64,000 bases of DNA from the human T2T-CHM13v2.0 reference genome, Homo sapiens, in NCBI RefSeq assembly GCF_009914755.1, contig NC_060937.1; one strand, given 5' to 3'. The position numbers and the translations under genes were made by a program. The notes beneath the pieces were generated by a model. It was not told where the DNA came from, made no database searches, and saw only the letters and a list, made by a program, of their open reading frames with translations. This document shows positions 1 through 13,600 of this stretch, piece after piece (position 1 is the stretch's first letter; each line of letters opens with the position of its first letter).

Positions 1-787
1 GCAAGCAGCCAACAAGTCTATTAAAAATGCTCAACATCATTAATTATTAGATAAATGTAAATCAAAACTACAATGAGATAACATCTCATGCTAGTCAGAA
101 TGGCCATTATAAAAAAAGTCAAAAAATAACGGATGCTGGTGAGGTTGCAGAGAAAAGGGAATGCTTAGACACTACTGGTGGGAATGTAAATTAATTCAGC
201 CACCGTGGAACGCAGTTTGGAGATTTCTCAAAGAACTCAAAGCAGAATTACCATTCGACCCAGCAATCACATTATTAGATATATACCCAAAGGAATATAA
301 ATCGTTCTACCATGAAGACACATGCACACATAAGTTCATCGCAGCAAAATTCACAATAGCAAAGACATGGAATTGGCCTAGATGCCCATTGGTGGTAGAC
401 CAAAAAAGAAAATATGGTACATTTACACCATGGAATACTATGCAGACATAAAAAATCCTAGATAATGTCCTTTTCAGCAACATGGATAGAGATGGAGGCC
501 ACTATCCTAAGTGAACTAATATAGTAACAGAAAACCAAAGGCCACATTTTCTCACTAAACATTGAATACATATAGGCACAAAAAAGGAAACAAGACACTG
601 GGGCCTACTTGAGGGTGGAGGGTGGGAGGAGGGTGGGGATGGAATACTTACCTATAGGGTACTACAAGTATTACCTGGGTGGTAAAGTAGTCTGTATAGC
701 AAACTCCTCTGACATGCAATTTACCTATATAACAAACCTGTACATGTACCTCTGAACCTAAAATAAAAGTAAAAAAAAAAAAAAAAT
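1..787 (+). mobile_element. L1 3' end (ORF2 C-terminus remnant + 3'UTR + polyA), older L1PA-like (approx. L1PA13-16); runs off the window start
   Basis: ORF 161..451 (WWECKLIQPPWNAVWRFLKELKAELPFDPAI) is L1 ORF2 C-terminus-like. G-rich 3'UTR tract at about 611-640. Ends AATAAA plus polyA at about 762-787. Confidence 0.93.
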
Positions 788-1671
788 AGAGTGATGTTTA
801 GGAGAAAGCCTGAGATCCACAGTATCCCTTGAGGAAAGACAGCATATTCTGGTATTCATTAAGAGTGTATACTGGACAGAAGAATAAAGCAATGAAAAAA
901 AGTTAATAAAAGTATTAACACAGGAATTGCCAATTAAGAAAAATCAAGTGTCTTCTTACTTTAAAATTACTCATTATTTCATGCTTCTAAATTTTCCTGA
1001 TATAAATCTAAAATGTATAGTACCTTATTAGAGATCTTAAATAAATAATAGCAGTGCTTAAATGTTAGATTGAATTTGTATATAGCAATGGCTGTTTTAA
1101 AGACATTACAGAGATAACTGAAAAACACCCAGACACACACATACACAAGTGCTGGAGTATGTGTTGTCACAGTTTGTTGCTTTGACAAGGGGAAATCAGA
1201 TTTCATTGTCTTTTTAAAATATGGCTTAGTTTTAAAAATACACACTACTTAAAAACAACCTCAGGAGGTGGCTAGAATCAATTGTGTAAAGGGATGTTTG
1301 TATACATGTAAAATTTCTTCATTTCAAGTATAATAACATTGACCATAACCTCTGTTGTCTGTGTTTAATGGCGATCAGAGAGATGCACCCAAAGGAATGG
1401 ATTGAGTACTTTAGAAGAACAATTACATTTTATGTACCATCTTTTAAAAAGTGATATTGAATTTTTTAATGGTCATGAGGTCAGAAATCCAAATTATTTA
1501 TTTAGCTAAAATGATTCAAAACAAAACGTTTGATGTTTCCAGGCACAAAACCTAGCTTGTGATTTCAGTAAAGTATCTGGGAAATAGTAGCCATTTCTTC
1601 AATAAAATAACTTGATTCTTCAATAAAATAATAAATACATCTGTGGACAAATGAGAATAAAAAGGATATTT

Positions 1672-2906
1672 ATTTCTTTTTTAAAATAGATTCATCGGGT
1701 GCACATGCAAGTTTGTTACATGGATGTATTGAGTGTTGATGAAGTTTGGGCTTCAAGTGTATCCATCACCTGAATAGAGAACATTGAACCCAATAGGTTA
1801 TTTTTCACCCCTGTATTCCTTACTACCCTTCCTCCTTTTGGAGACCCAGTATCTCTGATTTCCCTCTGTAGGTCCGTGTGTACCCACTGTTTAGCTCTCA
1901 CTTGTAAGTGGGAACACACAGTATTCGATTTTCCATTTCTAAGTTATTTCACTTAGGATAACGGACTCCAGCTCCATCCATGTTGCTGTGAGAGACATGA
2001 TTTCATTCTTTTTTATGGCTATGTAGTATTCCATGTTGTATTCTATTTAGTATACCACATTTTCTTCGTTCAGTCTCTGTTGATGGACACTTACATTAAT
2101 TTCATGACTTTGCTATGTGAATAGTGCTGTGATAAACATACAAGTACAGATGTCTTTTTGTTACAAAAAAATTTCTCTCCCTTTGGGTAGATAGACACCC
2201 AGTATTGGGGTTGCTGGGTCAAATGGTATTTCTATTTTTAGTTTCTTGAGAAATCTCCATACTGTTTTATATAGAGGTCGTACTAATTTACATTCCTATC
2301 AACAGTGTATAAGTGTTTCCTTTTTCCACATTCTCACCGACATCTGTTGGATTTATTTATGTATTTATTTTTATTTTTTACTAACAGCTATTCTGACTGG
2401 TATAAGATGGTATCTCGTTGTGGTTTTAATTTGCATTACTAATTTGCATAACTCTGATGATCAGCAGTGTTGAGCATTTTTTCATAAGTACAGTGGCTGC
2501 TTATGTGTCTTGTTTTGACAATGTCTGTTCATGTCCTTTCTCTCTTTTTAATGGGGTTATTTATTGTTTTCTTGCTGACTCTTTTTGACTTTGTTGAAGA
2601 TTCTGTTTATTAGACCTTTGTTAGAGGCATAGTTTGTAAATACATTCTCCCCATTTGTAGGTTTTCTGTTTACGCTGTTGAGTATTTATTTTGATGTACA
2701 TAAGATTTTTAGTTTAATTTAGTCCCATTTGTCTATTTTTGTTTCTGTTGCATTTGGTTTTGGGTCTTAGTCATCAATTATTTGCCTAGCCCAATGTTCA
2801 AAAGGGTTTTTTTCTAGGTTTCCTTCTAGGATTTTTAGTTTCAGGTCTTACATTTAAGTCTCTAATCCACCTTTGGTTAATTTTCATATGTGGTGAGTAA
2901 TAGAGG
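1672..2906 (-). mobile_element. 5'-truncated L1 (L1PB-like), 3'UTR + ORF2 3' part
   Basis: T-rich tail followed by 'gcacatgcaagtttgttacatgg...ccatcacctgaatag...cccaatagg', then typical antisense ORF2 sequence (gatggtatctcgttgtggttttaatttgcatt). Confidence 0.9.
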
Positions 2907-3824
2907 TTTAGTTATGTACCTAAGCCCTGGAGATTATGAACCTCACATAAATATGAGACTCAAATGCCTAATAAAAATAGTAAACACATTGACTCAGGAG
3001 AAACTAGAGGAAAAGAAAATGATTTATACTCAAAAACCAGATTTAGCCATGTACCAAGAATATATTGTAAAAAACTTTTCATTTAATTAAAATTAAAAAA
3101 TAAAATTATCTAGAGGAATAATTTTTACTGAATTTTTACCCGACTCTGGTGGAGAAAAGCCTAAATAATTTAAAAGATCTTGGATGTGTAGCAACACAAC
3201 AAATTATGTATTCCTGTTTCTAGATTGTACATCGGAGAAAATAATTTTGTTCTATGCCTTGTATGTAAGGCATACAAGGTCTGGCAACAAAGCAAAATAT
3301 TCAGATAAGAAGGCACATGATATATTCTGCCTTTTATGGTAGGTTTTACTTAACTTTAGCAAAACTGGCTTCACTATTTAATCTACTTTCTTTGTTTTTT
3401 AATCTGATGCCAATTTCAATTTACAGTAAAAGGGAAAACCTTGGGCAAATTGCCTCTGTTGGGCAGCATATAGGTATCATTCCATAACTGATTATCTTTG
3501 GTTATTTATCTCAACTGGTTAGAGGAAGTTTTTAATAATGTTTAAAGGGGCTACAGATAGATAAACTGTAAATACAGAGATTATTCTTATGTTTACACAA
3601 GGATATAGGATAATTATATATTCCATATCATAAAACAGTTTGACAAATTCAAAGTAGTTCCAAGGCATAACTGAAATCATTCAACATAATGAACAATGTG
3701 GAAATGGGACTCGTGCTTGGGCCTATAATAGTATTATTTTGTCTCAGCGTAGGAGGAAATTTAGGAAGACCATGCTATTTTCAAAGGTAGCTACAAGTGC
3801 TCATATAGAATTTTTTCAATTGGA

Positions 3825-4211
3825 TTTTGCTACTCCTCCTGGGAAAGATAGAGTATGGTTCTCTTTGTAAATCTGGCCTGGGCAGATGGCTCGCCTAACC
3901 AGTAGACCATGGCAGAAGTGATGCTATACATATTCTGGATGCGGGTCTCAAGGAGCCTTATATGCTTGTGCTTTCTCTATCTTAGAACACTGCCCTGAGA
4001 CCCACCATGGAAGAAAACTGGGCTAGTGTCCTGGCAGATGAGGGGTCCCATGGAAGAGAAGTGAGGAGTGTCAGGCAATTGCCTATGCACATGGCCAGAT
4101 ACCTGACAAAGGCATGCTGGATCTCAGCTCAGTCATCTTGCAACTACATTGCTATTTTTAAACTGCTACAAATTAGGGTACATTTTTATGCAGCAATGGC
4201 TAACTGAAGCA
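3825..4211 (+). mobile_element. MaLR solo LTR, MLT1 (F/G/H-like)
   Basis: Contains 'ggcagaagtgatgcta', and the 3' terminus 'ttttaaactgctacaaattagggtacatttttatgcagcaatggctaactga' resembles the MLT1 end. Confidence 0.7.
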
Positions 4212-4382
4212 CTGAATCCTAATAGATTTACTTAGGTTACATTGATCAAATTGAAAACAGCTAATGTAGAATGTTATTAAAAATAATGTATTGATATTTT
4301 GGCTTTCTGTAATTTTGCACTTTCTAGAACATGTATAGAATATGCATTATTCCTTACATAGATGCCTCTCTTAAGGGAAAAC

Positions 4383-4407
4383 TGTGTGAGTGTGTGTGTG
4401 TGTGTGT
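4383..4407. repeat. (TG)n microsatellite
   Basis: About 12 TG units with one interruption, read directly. Confidence 0.9.
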
Positions 4408-5593
4408 AATTCTAGATTATTACTATATATATATAATTGTATGCAGGAAATGTAGCTTTTTTGGTTAGTTTTTATATTTTTAAGGCTACAGAAAACAATT
4501 ATACTTGAAATGCTTTAAGCCTTTGTATTCAGTAAATATTGACCTTTTCTGAAGCCAAGGGTTTGTTTATGACCTGCCTGGAACTTTCTGACTAGTGGGC
4601 ATTTGTGGTGGGTACCGTGAACCAAGGGCTGTTATCAAACACACTTGAGTAGTTCCCATGTCTTTATCTAAGTCCGTAACTTAGCCAAAGGCATTTCTGT
4701 AGTTCATTAAATTGGCTTTTTGACCAGCTCAGAGTCAATGAGCAAAATGCTAGATAATTGACAGTGCAACCAGAGAAAAATCATTCTTCAGTAAAAAGCT
4801 GGTAGAGAGAGAAACCTTGAGTTAAATCCTCCGGTCATGTTTGCGCTCAGTTCATTAGGGTGACCCCAAAAGACTTTATTCACATGGGGCCACAAGTGCA
4901 TTTTTGACATTTTTAACATTTGGAATCGGCTGTCGTATTGTGCAAAATACTCTGTTCTAATTTAGAATACTTCCAAAAAACCAGAGGAACAATACGATTG
5001 GTTTTCCTCAACTGGTGAACCTTCATGAGCACACACGGACATTGTAGATGTGAAAAGCCTGAAGTCAAAAATGCCCAGCCATGCTGATACTCCTGGGTAG
5101 CCTGGTGAAAAATATCTTGTTATTTTCTTTTACCTTTTTGCTTGATAATGATTTAGAAATAAATTTACTTTAAAAATAATTAAACTGGATGATTAAGTTA
5201 GGTTTCTAAATAAGATATTATTTTAGACATTCTCAGACTCTGCCCAGTATCTTCAGGAAATTTTGAAAGTGGCTATATTTTTGAGACTTGATTCAATGTA
5301 AATATCAAATTTTATTCTTCCATGTATATGTTGGTTCAAATCAATTATCTTATGGCTAAGATCGTACCAAAACTTGTCTGTGACGATCATCATTTAGGAT
5401 TTGAATACTAGCTATGAAAATGTTTTTGGCAAAATTGGCATTATTTTCTTTTTTCTTTCCACTTTTTAAAAGATTATACAATGAGCATGGACCAAGATAC
5501 TAATTACCAGTTCATATGTTAATACTTAAAAGATCTTAGGTGGTTACAGATTTTACTGAGTTTTAAATGTAATTTCAGTTTTATTGTGTTTTT

Positions 5594-5769
5594 ATTTTTA
5601 TTTCTTTATTTTATTATTATTATACTTTAAGTTCTAGGGTAAGCAATGTGCACAACGTGCAGGTTTGTTACATATGTATACATGTGCCATGTTGGTGTGC
5701 TGCACCCATTAACTCGTCATTTAGCATTAGGTATATCTCCTAATGCTATCCCTCCCCCTTCCCCTGACC
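5594..5769 (-). mobile_element. Severely 5'-truncated young L1PA (about 175 bp of 3'UTR)
   Basis: Close match to the young L1 3'UTR (gtgcacaacgtgcaggtttgttacatatgtatacatgtgccatgttggtgtgctgcacccattaactcgtc). Perfect 12-bp TSD tattgtgttttt at 5582-5593 and 5770-5781, at a TT/AAAA endonuclease site. Confidence 0.95.
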
Positions 5770-7574
5770 TATTGTGTTTTTAAAACTTGTTTTCCACAAG
5801 CTTCTATTTTACTGTTGAAAGAAATTAAACTTTAAATCAATGTACTTTGTTTCATACAAGGACGAATTCTGAAAATTTGATCAGGTTTGTAATGTAATGG
5901 TCTATTTTTGTATTCTTCTAAGTAGAATATTTCTACAGAAGAAAGTGAGAATATTGACTATGAATAAAACTAAGATGAGAAATTGTCTAGAGTATTTTCA
6001 GTTTTGCATGTAACAATTGCAATCCTTTTTTTTAAACTGAGCAATACATCTTATTATTGGAAGAAAAAGAGAAAGAATTTTTTTTTTCCCCAGAAAAAGA
6101 GAACAGAATCATGTAGGAGAGAAAAATTCCTCTTTTAATTAGATGACACCAGTTTAGTTGTTGGGGCCTAGCCAGACTGTAAGCTTGAGGTTTTCTGGGC
6201 TATAGAATTAGTTTATTTTCTAACTCCACAACTAAATTTCAATTAAAAAGTGAATTGAATTCAATTAAGTTGAATTCAATTTAGTCCAAAATGTATGTAC
6301 TGAATGTACTGACTTCCACAAGAAGCTATGAGAATACACCAAATAATGCACTATTTTTCACAACCCAGTACTCACAGGAAAATGAAAAAAAGTGCCACAT
6401 GGTTTCAGTAATACATGTTCCTCAAATAACATTTATTTTGCAAATAAGTAGTTGGTACCTATTATTTTATTAAGCCTAAGTTTTAATAAATTTAGTATTT
6501 AAGAAGAGGCAAAAAGCACAAAACATGCTGTAGCTTCAAAATTACTACTAATTTATATTATCATTAAATGCTGGAAAAGAGGTATTAATACTGGTTCACT
6601 TATCCCATCAAACATTACTGTAATGAAACTTTCTTAACTTTCATTAAGCCTATGAAGTCTATAACGTATGGAAAATAATGATAGAATTACTGATATATAA
6701 AATATTAATTTTATGTTCCAAATGATTAGCATCTTTTAAAAAATAATTAAAGTATATTCAATGCTAATTTTGTTTTTTTTAAATGTCACCCAAAATATTC
6801 TTTGACAACAGCTGCTTTAACTTTTTTTTATTGTTGGGACTAACAACAGTCATGTAAAAATAAATAGGTATAGAAAACACATTTTTCCTACTTTCAGAAA
6901 ATAACATATTATTTAACCATAGAAGAAATACTTTTTCAACATTTTTTTACTTATTATTGCAGAATGCTATGAAAATGCTATATGTTTTAGAAACTTATAA
7001 AATTATGATGCAGATATATTCCGATATGATCCAATCAGTTTTATAAATATACATAGATGTATAAATATATGTGTGTTTGCGCATGTCTGTATATTCGTGT
7101 ATTTAAATTACACTTGCATCTGTATCTATGTCTCTCTATATAAATCTATAGATTTTAAAATAACCTCACATAGCCAGTGTCACTCTGCAGAATTTGGGGA
7201 ACTTTGGGAAAGCAGAGAAAAAGTTCAAATTGTTCCCATATTCTGATACCCAATTCAAACATGATCCATTCCATCAATCATTTCCTAAAGTCTCAGCGTT
7301 ATGCCTTCCAGCCTTTGGATGTTGCTCTCCACCTTCACCCCACATAGCATGTGAACAGAGGCAGTCAGCTATGGGGAAAGTATATCTCTCTACTGTGAAC
7401 TACCCTAAGTATTTCATCTATATTTTATTAAGGACTTTTATCCTCATTTTCCTTGCACTAAAGTTCAGTGCAGATTTATCTAGCTGCCAGCAAATAAGTT
7501 TAAAAAACCTTGATATCCAATTATATATACCTCAATACATAGAATGGACTTTTAAACACAGTGTAGTCAATACA

Positions 7575-7740
7575 ATTTTTGTGATATACCTTGTGTGCAC
7601 TACCTTATTTAATCCTGACAAAATTCATATAATGTAGCTTCTATCATTATATTCAGGTTGAGAGAACTAATGCACCAAGAAATTTTATGTCCTGTACCAG
7701 GATATGAGAGGCTAGGTTTGAACATAGTGAAGTTCAACTT
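7575..7740 (-). mobile_element. MIR SINE fragment
   Basis: 'ttatttaatcctgacaaa...gagaactaatgcaccaaga...ctaggtttgaac' resembles the reverse MIR core. Confidence 0.55.
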
Positions 7741-8589
7741 TCTATCTCTGTTCTTGTTAGAGATGTATTAATGAAGACAATTCCCTGCATAATCTATATT
7801 ATGTAAGTAAATTGCAAATAATATTTCCTTAAAAATCCTAACCCATCATTTGCATGCTGTGCTAACTTATTGCTTGAATATATCTTTTCTAACCAATCTG
7901 AATTGAAGTTATCTAACATCAGTCTCAATCTTTTATCTAAAACTTTATCTTAATATAAAAGACATAAAATTATTCTTAAGCTGCAATGTTTTTATGCCAT
8001 GGGACTACATTTTACAAGAATTATGATTAATTATCAATAATATAATTCATGATTTTGTAAAAAATGTTCAATCTACAAATTCAATAAATAATTGATTAAA
8101 AACTTAATTATGCATGCCTGTGGGCAAATACTCAGTCTCAAGTCAGCAATTTTGGTGACATAAATTAGCAGAAATTTCCAAAATAATACGCTGGAACCCT
8201 CAAACTGTCAGTAACATTCAAAACATGTTCCAGTTGTGTTATTATGGGATAGAAGCAAAAGCAGATAGATTACAGTAAGCTACAATTTTGACATTGTACT
8301 GGCCTTAGGAAATTGTCAGACTTTCCATACCAGCCAACAAATAGAATCAAATGGAATTGGGAGAAGAATCAAGAACTTCTGGCATGTTGTCTTGTCCAAG
8401 GACTCTAGTTCAGTCCTACATTTTGATGAGTATGCTTTTCTACATTACAACACATTTTTTAAAATACTGTGCTGTTTACTTGTTGGAGATAATCCTTGCT
8501 GCAGTGGTTAAGAAAAAGATTGGATCATCATTATTGCTAAAACAGCTACTAACACCGTTGTTCCTAAGCAGAGGTGGCCACTCAGAGAA

Positions 8590-8863
8590 TGGCATGGGAT
8601 CATGACAGAAAGCCTACACCTGTACACAAGTTCCTTTCCAAGGAGGTTGTTAGGGAAGAGATTGCATCAGATTGCCACTGTGTCTCAGCTTCCAGCAGTT
8701 CCTGGGGGAGTTAAGCCCTAGCTGCCCAGAGCAGGGTACAGCTGGATAATGCATGCTATCACTGGTTTCACTCCCTTCCTACGTCAGCTACTCTTCCTTT
8801 CTTCCTGGGAAAACTTTCCAATAAGTAACCTGGACATAAATTCTAGGGCCAGACCCCGAGACA
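8590..8863 (+). mobile_element. LTR16-like (ERVL) solo LTR fragment
   Basis: 'gttaagccctagctgccc...cttcctgggaaaactttccaataagtaacctg...gaca' resembles the LTR16 3' half. Confidence 0.55.
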
Positions 8864-9774
8864 GGGCTCCGTCAAGTGACATCGGGAAACCTTAGAGATC
8901 ATTTAGTCATAAGATTTTTCAGGAATGGTAGTAATGCTTAAAAAACATTTTATGGGATTTGCATGAATTTGGTTATTGTCAGAAGCAGTTAGTGACATAC
9001 CTGGAAAGCAATGAGCACAATTTGGAGGGAGTGGTCAATACAAAGGCTGTAATTGATGGGGATGAGCAGAGCTAATGTTCAATGGGCACATGCCATAATG
9101 CTCGTAAGAACATACCAGGGTTTTATAGACAATTTGTGTTTTTCTTGGTTACTGCTAAGGCCCTCTTAAATGGAATGACACATCTAATAATGAGTAAGAA
9201 AATATTCAAAGCAGAAGATGCCAAGGGAAAGTACTTATGAGGACTCTTGAATACATAGGGCGCTGCTGAGGAGCTTGGGCTCATAAGATGGAAAATGAAA
9301 AGGAGTAGCAAAACCAATGAACAAACAATAATGATGAGAAATATTGCCTAACTTGCCTTCCAGAGTCGAAGCCTAACTGTGATATAATAAAAAGATAAAA
9401 TATAGATGTGATTAATTATCAAACCTATAAAAATAATGCACATCCACTGAAGAAGATATGAGAACCACAAAAGGGAGGAAATATTAGCAACAAAGCACAA
9501 TTTTCATAGTTTTCAGCACTCAGAAAGTGATTAATTTTCTTTCTCAATTCTAAGTTAGAAAATCCCTATATAGTATGGTTCAGAAAATCCACATATGATA
9601 TAATCAGTTCAGGTAAGAGGGAATGTGTCACCTCAAATATGTCCTATGGATCAGAGAGGGGCAGTTCTCAAAACAAAGATAAGGTGTTGTAGAGAAAACA
9701 TATGTGGCCTTCACAAATCCAGTCTTTCTACTATGATTGTTTTTGTTTTTAACGTTCCTGCAAAGTTTAAAAAG

Positions 9775-10200
9775 TTAGCTTTATTGAGGTAAAAATTACA
9801 TGTAATAATATTCACTAATCTAAGTGTTTTTGATGAGTTCTAATGAATACATGTAATCATTCTACCACCACAGTACACAAAATATAGCATTTTTATCAGT
9901 GAATAATATGATTTCTTATAACAGTTTTCATTCAGTACTTTGCCCCATCTCATTCTGTATCAACCTTCATTTTCCTTATAGTTGTGTCTCTTCTAAATTT
10001 CTGTATATATGTAATCACACAGAGTATAAGCTGTTACCATTTTTTGCACGATAACAAACAAAAAAGCTTATATTGACTTATAATGAATCTCAAGACCATT
10101 ATACCATTTAGCATAATGGTTTTGACAGTCATTATTCATAATACATTATTGTGTATATTAGTAGTCTTTTGTACTTATATTGCTGATTAGTATGTTTGGA
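9775..10200 (-). mobile_element. Old L1M 3'UTR fragment containing a fold-back inverted duplication
   Basis: 'agctttattgaggtaaaaattaca...catgtaatcattctaccaccac' is an L1M 3' end. Contains the motif 'gcataatggttttgac'. Confidence 0.7.
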
Positions 10201-10639
10201 AGTGGTTCCCTAACTATGGGTTCATCAACATAGTAAAATCATTTTTCCTACCTATACATTAAAATTTGTACTGAAATGTTTATTTAAAGTATTTATTTAA
10301 AGTAAAAAATTATCTTTTCTAATTTTAATTTAAAGTAAAAAGGTATCATTGTAAACCACGTTATGCCACAATAAGTAAAGTTCTTTTTTTTAACCTAACA
10401 AATTTCTTTTTTTTTTAAATTTTTTTTTAAGTTCTGGGGTACATGTGCAGGATGTGCGGGTTTGTTACGTAGGTAAATGTGTGTCCTGGTGTTTGCTGCA
10501 CATATCAATCCATCACCTAGATATTGAGACCAGCATGCATTAGCTATTTTTCCTAATGCTCTTCCTCCCCCAACCCTTTGCCCTTGACAGGCCCCATTGT
10601 GTGTTGTTACCCTCCCTACATTCATGTGTTATCATTGTT

Positions 10640-13600
10640 CAGCCCCCATTTATAAGTGAGAACATGCAGTGTTTGGTTTTCTCTTCCTATGTTAGTTTGC
10701 TTAGGATAATGGCTTCTAGCTCCATTCATTTCACTGCAAAGAACATGATCTTTTTCCTTTTTATGGCTGCATAGTGTTCCATGGTGTATATGTACTACAT
10801 TTTCCTTATCCGGTCTACTATTGATGGGCATTTGGGTTGATTCCATGTCATTGCTATTGTGAAAAGTGCTGCAATGAACATACACATGCAGGTATCTTTT
10901 GTAATAGAATGATTTGTATCCTTTTGGGTATATACTTACACGTGGGATTGCTGGGTCAAATGGCATTTCTGGTTTTAGATCTTTGTGGAATTGCCACATC
11001 ATCTTCCACAATGGTTGAACTAATTTATACTCCTACCGAAAGTGTAAAAGCATTCTTAATTCTCAGCAACCTCGCTAGAATCTGTTGTTTCCTGACTTAC
11101 TAATAATCGTCATTCTGACTGGCATGAGATGGTATCTCACTGTGGTTTTGATTTGCATTTCTCTAATTATCATTGATGTTGAGGTTTTTTCATATGTATG
11201 TTGGCCACATGAATGTCCTCTTTTGACAAATGTCTGTTCAGGTCCTTTGCACACTTTGTAAAGGGGTTGTTTTTTACTTGCAAATTTGTGTAAGTTCCTT
11301 GTAGATTCTTGATATTAGACCTTTCCAGATGGATAGATTGCAAAAATGTTCTCCCACTCTGTAGGTTGCCTGTTCACTCTGATGATAGTTTCTTTTGCTG
11401 TGCAGAAGCTCTTTAGTTTAATTAGATCCCATTTGTCAGTTTTCGCTTTTGTTGCAATTGCTTTTGTTGATTTTGTTGTGAAATCTTTGCCCGTGCCTAT
11501 GTCCTGAATGGTATTGCCTAGGTTTTCTTCTAGGGTTTTTATAGTTTTAGGTTTTACATTTAATTGTTTAATCCATCTCGAGTTAATTTTTATGTAAGGT
11601 GTAAGGAAGGAGTTGCTTCAATCTTCTGCATACAGCTAGCCAGTTCTCTCAGCACCATTTACTAAATAGGGAATCCTTTCCCCATTTCTTGTTTTTGTCA
11701 GGTTTGTCAAAGACCAGATGGTTATAGATGTGCAGTCTTATTTCTGAGTTTTCTATTCTGTTCCATTGGTCTATGTGTCTGTTTTGTACCAGTACCATAC
11801 TGTTTTAATTGTTTAGCTTTGTAGTACAGTTTGAAGTTCTGTAGTGTGATGCCTCCAGCTTTATTCTTCTGCTTAGGATAGTCTTAGCTCAAGCTCTTTT
11901 TTGGTTCCACATAAATTTTAAAATAGTCTCTTCTAATTCTGTGAAGAATGTCAATGGTAGTTAAATGGGAATAGCATTGAATCTGTAAATTACTTTGGGA
12001 GGTATAGTCATTTTCACGGTATTGATTCTTCTTATTTGTGAGCATGGAATGTTTTCCATTTGTTTGTGTCCTTTCTGATATCCATGAGCAGTGGTTTGTA
12101 TTTCTCCTTGAAGAGGTCATTCACTTCCCTTGTTAGCTGTATTCCTATGCATTTTATGCTCTTTGTAACAATTGTGAATGGGAGTTCATTCATGATTTGG
12201 CTCTCCTGTTGTTGGTATATAGGAATGTTTGTGACTTTTGCACATTGATTTTGTATCCTGAGACTTTGCTGACGTTGCTTATCAGCTTAAGAAGATTTTG
12301 GGCTGAAACGATCGGGTTTTCTACATATAGGATTATTTCATCCGCAAACAAATACAATTTGAATTTGTTTCTTTCTATTTTAATACCCTTTATTTATTTC
12401 TCTTTTCTGATTGCCCTGGCCGGAACTTCCGACACTGCGGTGAATAGGAGTGCCGAGACAGGGCATCTTTCACTTGTGCCGGTTTTCAAGGGGAATGCTT
12501 CCAACTTTTGCTCATTCAGTATGCTATTGTTTGTGGCTTTGTCATAATTGGCTATTATTATATTGAGGTATGTTCCTTCTATACCTAGTTTATTGAGAGT
12601 TTTTAATATGATGGAATGTTGAATTTTATCAAAGGCCTTTTCTGCATCTATTGAGATAATCATGTGGCTTTTGTCTTTAGATCTGTTTATGTGATGAAAC
12701 ATGTTTATTGATTTGTGTATGTCGAACCAATCTTGCATCCCAGGGATAAAGCCAACTTGATCATGGTGGATAAGCTTTTTTGTGTGCTGCTCTATTCAGT
12801 TTGCCAGTATTTTGTTGAGAATTTTTGCGTCAGTGTTCATCAGGGATATTGGCCTGAAGTTTTCTTTTTTTGTTGTATCTCTGTCAGGTTTTCGTGTCAG
12901 GATGATACTGGCCTCATAGAATGAGTTAGGGAGGAGTCCCTCCTTTTTAATTATTTGTGATAGTTTCAGAAGAAAGGGTAGCCGCTCCTCTTTGTATTTC
13001 TAGTATGATTCAGCTGTAAATCCATCTGGTTCTGGGCTTTTTTTGTTTGGTAGACTATTTATTACTGTCTCAATTTCAGAATTTGTTATTGGTCTATTCA
13101 GGGATTCAACTTCTTCCTTGTTCAGTGTTGGTAGGGTGCATGTATCCAGGAATTTATCCAATTTTTCTAGATCTTCTAATTTATTTGCATAGAGGTGTTT
13201 ATAGTATCCTCTGATGGTTGTTTATATCTCTGGAGGGTTAGCAGTGATATCCTCTTTATCATTTTTTGTTGTGTCTATTTGACTCTTCTCTCTTTTCTTC
13301 TTTATTAGTCTACCTAGCATTCTATTTTATTATTTTTTTAAAAAAACAGCTCCTGGATTCACTATTTTTTTTGGAAGGGTTTTTTTGTGTGTTTGTGTGT
13401 GTTTCTATCTTCTTCAGTTCTGCTCTAATCTCGGTTATTTTTTGTCTTCTGCTAGCTTTGGGGTTTGTTTGCTCTTGGTTCTCTAGTTGTTATAGTTGTA
13501 ATGTTAGGTTGTCAACTTGAGATCTTTCTAGCATTTTGATGTGGGCATTTAGTGCTATACATTTCCCTCTTACTACTGCTTTATCAGTGTCCCAGAGATT

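Noticed and set aside
1595-1631. Direct repeat ttcttcaataaaataa
   Set aside because: A simple 21-bp-period micro-duplication that does not flank any insert.
6253-6281. Palindrome aattgaattcaatt and a repeated ttgaattcaatt
   Set aside because: A short AT-rich micro-duplication that is expected by chance or slippage.
7194-7637. 147-aa ORF, also 63403..63795 and 61609..62016
   Set aside because: No recognisable domain or exon structure. The 7194 ORF starts at TTG and runs into a MIR, and 61609..62016 lies in an L2 relic. The lengths are compatible with chance.
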